Part shown: positions 1 through 7,474 of the stretch, piece after piece
How positions within the stretch are numbered: position 1 is the stretch's first letter
Layout: each line of letters begins with the position of its first letter
The notes under the pieces: generated by a model
Database searches by the model: none
Seen by the model: only the letters and a program-made list of their open reading frames with translations
Told to the model about the DNA's origin: nothing
Program-made: the position numbers and the translations under genes
Source of the DNA: Candidatus Moraniibacteriota bacterium
GTDB lineage: Bacteria; Patescibacteriota; Minisyncoccia; Moranbacterales; UBA2206
Reading direction: 5' to 3'
DNA: 57,735 nucleotides
Assembly (NCBI GenBank): GCA_038203255.1
Contig: JBBREE010000002.1
Location: forward strand, 1-57,735

Positions 1-2754
1 AATGACAAATTCAACATTTTGAACATTTTCAACAACTACAATATTCTTCACATTCACCTCTTCTTTGATAATGTCCAAGAGCTCCTGACTCATTTCATAT
101 TGCATAATCAAAAGTTCCGACAAGGGCTGTCTGACTTTAATGCCACTTTTCGCTCGCAGTTGCAACCCAACATTCACAATTTCGCGCACTTTCTGCATTT
201 GCTCATTCACTTTTTCATCGATTAATTTTTCATCTGACACCGGAAAATCCACCAGATGTACCGATTCGTCACCTGTTAAATTTTTGTAAATTTCTTCTGA
301 GATGAACGGCGTAAACGGCGCCATGACTTTGGATAGTTCTACAAGAACATAATATAGCGTCTGATAGGCTTCATTTTTGTCTCCGTCATTTTCACTTTTC
401 CAAAAACGCTTACGACTCCTTCTGATATACCAATTGGAAAGATTGTCGATGAAGCGCGGGAGTAATCTTGAAGCCTTATGCAGCTCATAATTTTCCATAT
501 GCCCATTGAATTCTTTAATGAGCATATTAAATTCTGAAACCAACCAACGATCAAGTAGCCCATTAAGTTTTTGCGGATTAAACTTCTTATCCACTTTAAA
601 ACTATCTATGTCAGCATAAAGCACGAAAAAAGAATAGGAGTTCCAGAGCATCCGCATCATCCCACGCGTCACTTCCCCCACTTCATTCTCGATGAAATTC
701 ATATTTTCCGCCGCTACTACTGGGGAGCTCATCAAATAAAAACGCACGCTGTCCGCCCCGTATTTTTCAAACATCTCATTTGGATCAGGATAGTTGCTAA
801 GTTTTTTACTCATTTTCTTCCCATCTTCAGCGAGCACAATCCCATTCACAATCACATTTTTGAAAGCCTCCTTTTCTTTTACGCCACTGGCGATAACATG
901 CAAATAATAAAACCAGGCCCTGGTTTGATCTACGCCTTCCGCAATGAAATCCGCCGGAAAAGTATCGTCGAATTTTTCTTTGTTTTCAAACGGATAATGT
1001 TTTTGGGCATACGGCATAGAACCAGAGTCAAACCAGGTATCAAGCACATCTGGCACGCGCTTCATTGTACCCTCACATTTTTCACACTTAAAAGTAATTT
1101 TGTCCACAATGTGTTTATGCAAATCTTCAATTTTCTCTCCGCTAACTTTTTCCAAATCCGCCACGGCGCCGAAAACTTTTTGCTCTCCGCATTTATCACA
1201 CACCCAAATCGGCATCACGCTCGCCCAGAAACGTTGCCGAGAAATGGACCAGTCGCGTGCGCCCTCAAGCCACTTGCCAAACCTTCCCTCTTTCATATGA
1301 GACGGCGACCAAGAAATGCCCATGGCATTTTCCAACATTTTTTCCTTAATTTTAGTTACCGCCACAAACCATGAGCTGGTAGCATAATTAATAAGTGGTG
1401 TGTCACATCTCCAGCAATGCGGATAGGAATGTTCGAACTTTTCCTTGTGAAAAAGTACCCCTTGTTTAGCCAGATATCTGATAATTTCCACGTCCGTTGC
1501 CTGCGGATTGTCGATTGGTTTAACGTTTAGTCCTGCGAGCTCTCCCAACTCCTCCTTAAAACTGCCGTCCATCGCCACATGTTGCACAAAAGGAAGTTTA
1601 TTTTCTTTGCCCAATCGCATATCATCTTCACCAAAAGCCGGCGCAATATGTACCACGCCTGTCCCTTCATCAGTGGTCACAAAATCTCCGGCATAAATCT
1701 GCCAACCATTTTCACGGTTTTCCAGTTTTTCGTCTTTAGCATAAAAATCAAAAAGTGGTTTGTATTTTTGATTTAATAATGCCTCCCCTTTTATATCAAT
1801 CGACTCAAACGTAATTTGCGAGTCAGAGCCGTCGTCGTTTTTAATTACAGCAGATCTAAAAACTCCATCATTTTCATCGAAAGTTGTAACTTGAATTTCT
1901 CCAAACTTTCCTCCAAATATCTCCCGAGCCGTATTTTTAGCTCTATTCTTGGCAAATATATATGTTTCTCCAAGTTTAAAATCACTTTTTCCATTAATAT
2001 TTATTATTTTTGATTTTGTATAAATCACATCTCTTCCTACCGCCAAAGCCACATTCCCCGGCAAGGTCCAGGGTGTCGTTGTCCACGCCAGAACAAAAGT
2101 ACCCGGTTCATCAACCAGTTCGAATTTCGCAATCACCGACAAATCTTTCACATCTTTATACCCCTCTGAAACTTCTTGTTGCGACAAGGTCGTTTCACAA
2201 CGCGGACAGATATGCATCGTACGGTAATCCTTATAAATAAGACCTTTGTCCCACAATTCCTTAAAAACCCACCAGACGGACTCCATATAATCACGATCCA
2301 TTGTGCGATAAGCATTTTTCATATCCGCCCAGCGTCCCATCCGTTCCACAATTTTTTCCCAAATGTCCACGTACGTCAAAACCTTACTGCGACACAATTC
2401 ATTAAATTTTTCCACACCCATTTCTTCAATGTCCTTTTTCTTTTTCGATCCTAATTCTTTTTCTACGATATTTTCAGTTGGCAAACCATGACAATCCCAG
2501 CCCCATTTGCGCTCCACCCGGTATCCTTTCATCGTCCAAAATCTGGGCACGACATCTTTTAAGATGCTAGCCACAATATGCCCATAGTGAGGAGCCCCGG
2601 TCGCAAAAGGCGGTCCATCATAAAAACTATACTCCTTAGCATCTTTCCGGTTCTCAATGGATTTTTCAAAAATCCCCTTCTCATTCCAAAATTTAATAAC
2701 CTCTTTTTCCATCTCAGGAAATTTTTGATTGGATTCTACTTTTTTAAACGCCAT
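1..2754 (-). CDS. ileS: isoleucyl-tRNA synthetase (eukaryote-like type 2), N-terminal 918 codons; the C-terminus runs off the left edge
   Basis: My own minus-strand translation from the ATG at 2754 reads MAFKKVESNQKFPEMEKEVIKFWNEKGIFEKSIENRKDAKEYSFYDGPPFATGAPHYGHIVASILKDVVPRFWTMKGYRVERKWGWDCHGLPTE. HYGH is the class I HIGH motif. The frame checked in phase at 2520 and at positions 1-60 (..EVNVKNIVVVENVQNVEFVI). It is missing from the ORF track because there is no stop inside the window. The + ORFs 571..1374, 2176..2454 and others are antisense artefacts. Confidence 0.9.
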   Translation of the reverse strand, partial: MAFKKVESNQKFPEMEKEVIKFWNEKGIFEKSIENRKDAKEYSFYDGPPFATGAPHYGHIVASILKDVVPRFWTMKGYRVERKWGWDCHGLPTENIVEKELGSKKKKDIEEMGVEKFNELCRSKVLTYVDIWEKIVERMGRWADMKNAYRTMDRDYMESVWWVFKELWDKGLIYKDYRTMHICPRCETTLSQQEVSEGYKDVKDLSVIAKFELVDEPGTFVLAWTTTPWTLPGNVALAVGRDVIYTKSKIININGKSDFKLGETYIFAKNRAKNTAREIFGGKFGEIQVTTFDENDGVFRSAVIKNDDGSDSQITFESIDIKGEALLNQKYKPLFDFYAKDEKLENRENGWQIYAGDFVTTDEGTGVVHIAPAFGEDDMRLGKENKLPFVQHVAMDGSFKEELGELAGLNVKPIDNPQATDVEIIRYLAKQGVLFHKEKFEHSYPHCWRCDTPLINYATSSWFVAVTKIKEKMLENAMGISWSPSHMKEGRFGKWLEGARDWSISRQRFWASVMPIWVCDKCGEQKVFGAVADLEKVSGEKIEDLHKHIVDKITFKCEKCEGTMKRVPDVLDTWFDSGSMPYAQKHYPFENKEKFDDTFPADFIAEGVDQTRAWFYYLHVIASGVKEKEAFKNVIVNGIVLAEDGKKMSKKLSNYPDPNEMFEKYGADSVRFYLMSSPVVAAENMNFIENEVGEVTRGMMRMLWNSYSFFVLYADIDSFKVDKKFNPQKLNGLLDRWLVSEFNMLIKEFNGHMENYELHKASRLLPRFIDNLSNWYIRRSRKRFWKSENDGDKNEAYQTLYYVLVELSKVMAPFTPFISEEIYKNLTGDESVHLVDFPVSDEKLIDEKVNEQMQKVREIVNVGLQLRAKSGIKVRQPLSELLIMQYEMSQELLDIIKEEVNVKNIVVVENVQNVEFVI

Positions 2755-2776
2755 AATTTTGATTGCATCTATGTAT

Positions 2777-2794
2777 GTACATATGTACGTACAT
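2777..2794. repeat. GTAC-rich overlapping palindromes (GTACATATGTAC / ATGTACGTACAT), 22 nt upstream of the ileS ATG
   Basis: Read directly. It shares the 16-mer GTACATATGTACGTAC with 45492..45507 and fits the consensus ACGTAC-N4-GTACGT with one mismatch. Confidence 0.6.
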
Positions 2795-2829
2795 ATTTAC
2801 TTACCTAATTTTAAAACTAAAAAAATCCC

Positions 2830-3085
2830 TACACAAAAAATATGCATAAGGACGACTCTCATCCCGCCTTCTCTGCTAACGCAGATTCGGCGAGGCAAAG
2901 CGTGGTACCACCTTAATTCAATTCATGAATTAATTCATGAATTCTTCTTGACAGCTATTACGGGCCTACCCGCCGGATTCTACTTCGCCGCGCCGAAGCC
3001 TTAGCGTAGGCGGGATTGCCTACGATAAACCCTGGGGGCGTTTCTTTCCGAAAGCATCGGGATTGATAGTCCCTCAAGCGCCTTT
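2830..3085 (-). promoter_or_regulatory. T-box leader (Ile specifier) controlling ileS
   Basis: The minus strand reads GAAUUAAGGUGGUACCACGC (plus 2901..2914), which is the T-box core with a UGGU bulge. The 5' hairpin GGGA-CUAUCAA-UCCC (plus 3059..3073) displays AUC+A in a 7-nt loop and is preceded by CUUGAGG, exactly as in the thrS leader. It is followed by the helix CCUCGCC-GAA-UCUGC-GUUA-GCAGA-GAA-GGCGGG. Confidence 0.75.
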
Positions 3086-3089
3086 CTTC

Positions 3090-3386
3090 TTATAAATAAT
3101 TCATGATGCCATACTCTAATTCGTAAACAGTCTTAAACCCGAGCTGTTTCATCATTTCTAACGCTCCTTTCGAGCGACTGCCACTCCTGCAATATATCAA
3201 ATAAACCTCCTCTTTGTCCAATTTATTCAACTCTGCCAAAAAATTCGGCTCATAGAAATCAAGATTGACTGATCCTGCCAGATTTCCTCCAGCAAATTCC
3301 ATCGCAGTGCGCACATCCAGAATTTTGATATCCTTATTTTCTTCGATTATTTTTTTCGCCTCTTTGGCAGAAACTGATTTTAACAT
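3090..3386 (-). CDS. single-domain rhodanese-like sulfurtransferase
   Basis: 98 aa; active-site loop CRSGSRS; ILDVRT..EF..G...GSVNL pattern. Confidence 0.8.
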   Translation of the reverse strand: MLKSVSAKEAKKIIEENKDIKILDVRTAMEFAGGNLAGSVNLDFYEPNFLAELNKLDKEEVYLIYCRSGSRSKGALEMMKQLGFKTVYELEYGIMNYL

Positions 3387-3397
3387 ACCTAATCGTC

Positions 3398-4564
3398 CTA
3401 ACCCAGACTTTTATAGATGGCCAGAGTTTCTCTCGCACATTTTTCCCAATTAAATTTTTCCACCTGCTTTCTTCCGCGGACGCGATACTCATTTTTGAGA
3501 TTTTCGTCGGAGGAAAAACGCTTCATCGCTTCAACAATTTCTTCCGTCTTCATTGGGTTCACCATAATGGCGGCATCTCCGGCCACTTCCGGAATGGAAG
3601 AGACATTGGAAACAATCGCCGGCGTCCCGGTGGCAAAGGCTTCCAGAACTGTCATGCCAAATCCTTCATAGAGGGACGGCATCACAAAGAAATCTGCACC
3701 TTTGAAAAGCGGTACTAATTCGTCGCCAATGACGTAACCGGTGAAAATGATGTCTTTGGCAATTTCCAAGTCTTTGGCAATCTGGCGATATTCTTGAGAA
3801 AGCCAACCATTTTTGCCGGCCATCACTAACTTGTAATTACATTTGCCGGAATCTTTCACGCATTGATCTTTAAATATTTTGAAAGCTTCAAAAAGTCGGG
3901 TAATGTTTTTGATTGGTTCAATCGTTCCAAGAAAAAGGATATATTTTTTGTCTTTCGGGATGTCATATTTCTCTAAAACTTTTTCCCGAGTCACTTTCGA
4001 TTCTTCCGCCATTCTTTTGTCAAAACCGCTATGAATGACCTCAATCTTATCTTCTTTAGTATCAAAGATTTCCATGATATCATTTTTGGTGGACTCGGAC
4101 GCTGCGATAATTTTGTCCGCGTGACTCACCATAAGACTCGTGGTAGTTTTGATTTTAGTCAGTTTGAGTTGAGGAAAAACATCCGGAACTTTGTATGCGG
4201 CCAAATCATGCACTGTCACAATTGTTTTCCCGCGATAGCTCACCGGGATGCGACTCATTGGAGAAGTAGTATGGATGATATCCAAATGTTCACGCGCCAA
4301 GGTGGCCGTGCCCAGGATTTCATTGTACGCTCCCGGCAGATATTTTTTGTAATCGGAAAACGGATAGAATTTAATCTTCACGTTCGGTTGAGAAAATTTC
4401 TTAATGTCTTTTTCTCTCACGCGAAAATCGAAAAACAAGACATATTCGTTTTCCTTATCAATCTGAAGTAGATGACGGATGAGTTGATATGTATAATGAC
4501 CCACTCCAATCGCCTCTCCTTTTTCCGGATTTAAAATTGTTCTAGCGTCTATTCCTATTTTCAT
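3398..4564 (-). CDS. glycosyltransferase family 4 (GT-B fold)
   Basis: 388 aa; C-terminal PSLYEGFGMTVLEAFATGTPAIVSNVSSIPEVAGDAA is the GT4 E-x7-E region. Confidence 0.8.
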   Translation of the reverse strand: MKIGIDARTILNPEKGEAIGVGHYTYQLIRHLLQIDKENEYVLFFDFRVREKDIKKFSQPNVKIKFYPFSDYKKYLPGAYNEILGTATLAREHLDIIHTTSPMSRIPVSYRGKTIVTVHDLAAYKVPDVFPQLKLTKIKTTTSLMVSHADKIIAASESTKNDIMEIFDTKEDKIEVIHSGFDKRMAEESKVTREKVLEKYDIPKDKKYILFLGTIEPIKNITRLFEAFKIFKDQCVKDSGKCNYKLVMAGKNGWLSQEYRQIAKDLEIAKDIIFTGYVIGDELVPLFKGADFFVMPSLYEGFGMTVLEAFATGTPAIVSNVSSIPEVAGDAAIMVNPMKTEEIVEAMKRFSSDENLKNEYRVRGRKQVEKFNWEKCARETLAIYKSLG

Positions 4565-4582
4565 AATTAGTATTTTAATTTT

Positions 4583-6310
4583 TTACATCTTCTCCGGGGC
4601 TTCCACTCCAATCAGTCTTAAAGTCTCCGCTAACACTATTCTAACAGCATTTATGAGTTTTAGTCTAGTGGCACTTTGAGCCGGTTCGGTAGCGTCCAAG
4701 ACCTTAATGTCATTGTAAAAGGAATGAAATTTATCCGCCAGTCTTATCGCATAATACGGCAATTTATGTACTTCGTAGGATGCGGAAATTTCTTCGATTA
4801 GCGCCGGGAATTTTTCCAATTCGCGAATCATACTCAACTCCTTACTGTGCGTGAGTTTGGACAAATCGGCTTTTTCTATGTCAAAATCGGCCTCCTTAGC
4901 CTTCCTTAAGATACTACAAATACGAGCGTGCGCATATTGCACATAAGGCCCGGTTGAGCCGTCCAGTCTCACTGATTCTTCGATATCAAATTCTATCTTG
5001 CTATGAGAAGAGTATTTAAGCATAAAAAATTTTACCGCGCCTAACGCTATCCCTTCCGGACTAGGAGACTCTGGAAATTTTTCTCGCACTTTTTCCTCCA
5101 CTTGACCCAAAAGGGAATCAGCCGGGATGATATTCCCTTTTCGCGAAGACATCCCCTCCCCCCCCTTAAGTGTCACGAAATCATAACCGATGTGTGCCAT
5201 CTCTTTTTTAAAACCTATCTCAGACAGAATTTTAAAAAGTTGGTCAAAATATAAACTTTGTCTGACATCCACAATGTAGATGCTCCGATCAATTTCATAT
5301 TCTTTAAATTTTTTAATCGCAAGCGGGATATCCTTCAATCCATATAGCGCGGCGCCGTCACTTCTTCGCAAAACCAAAACGCCCAAATTCCATTTTTCCA
5401 AATCAGCTATAATGGCTCCCTCACTTTCTCTAATTATTCCCGTTTTCAAAAGTTCGGGGAGTTTTTTCTTACCCTCAACCTCTTCTTCTGATTCATAAAA
5501 ATAAACATCAAATTTTGCGCCTAATTTTTCATAAATACGCGTAAATTCGTCCAAACTCCACTGGCGGGTCTTTTTCCAAAGGGCCGTAAGATTGGCATCA
5601 CCCTCTTCAAATTTTTTCTGCAACTCCTTGAATTCTTTTTCATACTCAGGATTATTTTCTATCTCTTGTGTGGCGCGCGAATAAGCTTGGCCTAAAAATT
5701 CCGCCTTATTCTCCGCCTCCTCCAATTCTTTTTCGCTGTAAAATTTTTGCAAAGACCAAAGACATTTGGCCACGTGTGTTCCAGTGTCTCCGATATAGTT
5801 GGCTGCTGTGACGTTTTGCCCCGCCTTTTTCAAAACCTCCACCAAAGAACTTCCGATAATCACATTCCGCAAATGTCCGACATGAAACTCCTTGTGAGTG
5901 TTGGGCTGGGAATATTCTACCATTGTCTTCTCCTTGCTTTCTAAATTCCCAAATTTTTCTTTTTCTTCAATTATTTTTTTCACCTTATCTTGCAAATATT
6001 TTTCCGACAGATAGAAATTAATATACCCCGGCGCAACCACTTCAATTTTTTCAAAAACATCCTTAACAGCTATGACATTTCCAACACCTTCAACATCTTG
6101 AACATTTAGAACATCTACAACACTCTTCGCTATTTCCATCGGACTTTTTTTGAATGTTCGCGCCAAATTCATCGCCACATTAGTCGTAAAATCACCAAAA
6201 GTTTCCACTTTCGGGTTTTCCACCACAATACTAGGCATTACAAAATCCGCCTCGTCTTTTTTAAGGCTCAAAATGGCATTTTCTATCAGTTTTTTGATTT
6301 CTTCTTTCAT
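4583..6310 (-). CDS. argS: arginyl-tRNA synthetase
   Basis: 575 aa; PNTHKEFHVGHLRN (HIGH), GMSSRKGN (KMSK-like), C-terminal DALR anticodon-binding-like region ending in M. Confidence 0.9.
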   Translation of the reverse strand: MKEEIKKLIENAILSLKKDEADFVMPSIVVENPKVETFGDFTTNVAMNLARTFKKSPMEIAKSVVDVLNVQDVEGVGNVIAVKDVFEKIEVVAPGYINFYLSEKYLQDKVKKIIEEKEKFGNLESKEKTMVEYSQPNTHKEFHVGHLRNVIIGSSLVEVLKKAGQNVTAANYIGDTGTHVAKCLWSLQKFYSEKELEEAENKAEFLGQAYSRATQEIENNPEYEKEFKELQKKFEEGDANLTALWKKTRQWSLDEFTRIYEKLGAKFDVYFYESEEEVEGKKKLPELLKTGIIRESEGAIIADLEKWNLGVLVLRRSDGAALYGLKDIPLAIKKFKEYEIDRSIYIVDVRQSLYFDQLFKILSEIGFKKEMAHIGYDFVTLKGGEGMSSRKGNIIPADSLLGQVEEKVREKFPESPSPEGIALGAVKFFMLKYSSHSKIEFDIEESVRLDGSTGPYVQYAHARICSILRKAKEADFDIEKADLSKLTHSKELSMIRELEKFPALIEEISASYEVHKLPYYAIRLADKFHSFYNDIKVLDATEPAQSATRLKLINAVRIVLAETLRLIGVEAPEKM

Positions 6311-6347
6311 AAACCTAGTTTAGCTTAAACAGGGCATAAAATCAAAT

Positions 6348-7154
6348 CTACTCATTATTAATCATCATCCGATACATCTCCTCCACCTCTCTTACGGGTC
6401 GGAAACTTCTCCGGTGAATTTCGCAGGGACCGAATTTTTTAAGCGCCTCCATATGAATTTTCGTGCCGTAGCCTTTGTGTTTTTCAAAATTATACTGCGG
6501 AAATTTCAGGTGAGCTTCCCGCATCATCCGGTCACGCGTCACCTTGGCAATGATGGATGCGGCTGAAATAGACTTTACGAAGTTATCTCCGCCGACGACG
6601 GTTTTCTGCTCTATGGAAATGTTTGGAATTTCACTATTTCCATCAACTAAAATAATTATCTTATCTTTGTCATTCCCGTGCATACAGGAATCTAGTCGCG
6701 AATCATTCAGTCTCTGCACTGGATCCCCGCCTACGCGAGGATGACACTTTTTCAATTTAACATTTAAATCCGTCACTGCATTTCGCATCGCCAAATGTGT
6801 CGCTTGTAAAATGTTTATCCGATCAATTGTTGCGTGATCACAAATCCCCACTCCGACATAAAAATGTTCTTGGATAAAATCAAAAATCTCCTCCCTTTGC
6901 TTTTCAGAAAGTTTCTTCGAATCCCTAATCAAATTCAGCTTCTTTAAGAAGTTTTGATCATCCAGGCTTTGGTCATTAGAGATTGTTTCGAATTTAGAAT
7001 TTAGAATTTCGTGTTTTCGCCAAGTAGCGGCGGCGGCTACGACCGGCCCGGCAAGTGGCCCTCTCCCTGCCTCATCAATTCCAACCACAAAATCATATCC
7101 TTTTTCTAAAAAGGCCCGCTCTTCCTTGAATAATTCGTCTCTTGACACCTCCAT
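6348..7154 (-). CDS. rnhB: ribonuclease HII with two extra in-frame segments
   Basis: 268 aa; GIDEAGRGPLAGPVVAAA, DSKKLSEKQRE, GDNFVKSISAASIIAKVTRD. It is about 60 aa longer than typical RNase HII. Confidence 0.85.
   Translation of the reverse strand: MEVSRDELFKEERAFLEKGYDFVVGIDEAGRGPLAGPVVAAAATWRKHEILNSKFETISNDQSLDDQNFLKKLNLIRDSKKLSEKQREEIFDFIQEHFYVGVGICDHATIDRINILQATHLAMRNAVTDLNVKLKKCHPRVGGDPVQRLNDSRLDSCMHGNDKDKIIILVDGNSEIPNISIEQKTVVGGDNFVKSISAASIIAKVTRDRMMREAHLKFPQYNFEKHKGYGTKIHMEALKKFGPCEIHRRSFRPVREVEEMYRMMINNE
6669..6745. repeat. inverted pair of about 25-nt GTCAT(T/C)CC..GG(A/G)ATC hairpin units lying in frame inside rnhB
   Basis: gtcattcccgtgcatacaggaatc ... ggatccccgcctacgcgaggatgac. 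The two arms are related copies in opposite orientation. The same unit type occurs intergenically at 48175..48200. Confidence 0.65.
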
Positions 7155-7289
7155 ACATTTTTGAGATAATAACTTTTGTGTTTATGGCGCCACTAAGCGC
7201 CCATTACACTAGTTCTTTCGTTTATAATATTTCCATCTTATCATAATAAGAAAGAAATAAATACAGGCCTGTATATACAAAGAAAAACA

Positions 7290-7322
7290 AAAAAGATCCG
7301 AACTAGTCGGATCCTTTTTTGT
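7290..7322. terminator. orphan bidirectional hairpin (A6-GATCCGA-actag-TCGGATC-T6) between divergent rnhB and dnaE
   Basis: Read directly; the 7-bp GC-containing stem is flanked by an A-run and a T-run. Confidence 0.5.
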
Positions 7323-7334
7323 TATTTGTAAATG

Positions 7335-7343
7335 TGCTATACT
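7335..7343 (+). promoter_or_regulatory. extended -10 promoter element (TGcTATACT) ahead of the dnaE leader
   Basis: TGNTATACT read directly; there is no clear -35. Confidence 0.4.
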
Positions 7344-7474
7344 AGTTTCATAATCATCCTGCCAACTCCAAGGAGCAATCCGGGGAAGGAGGATAATAAT
7401 ATTATGATTCCATCTAATTTAACTTTAAGAACTGCTATTTGTTAGTGGTTTTTTATTTTATTCAAAATTAATTT

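Noticed and set aside
571-1374. A 267-aa + strand ORF, plus several other + ORFs between 19 and 3004.
   Set aside because: They lie antisense to the ileS reading frame, which I translated and which carries clear IleRS motifs. Their low-complexity His/Phe/Ile-rich sequences are typical of antisense frames in AT-rich genes.
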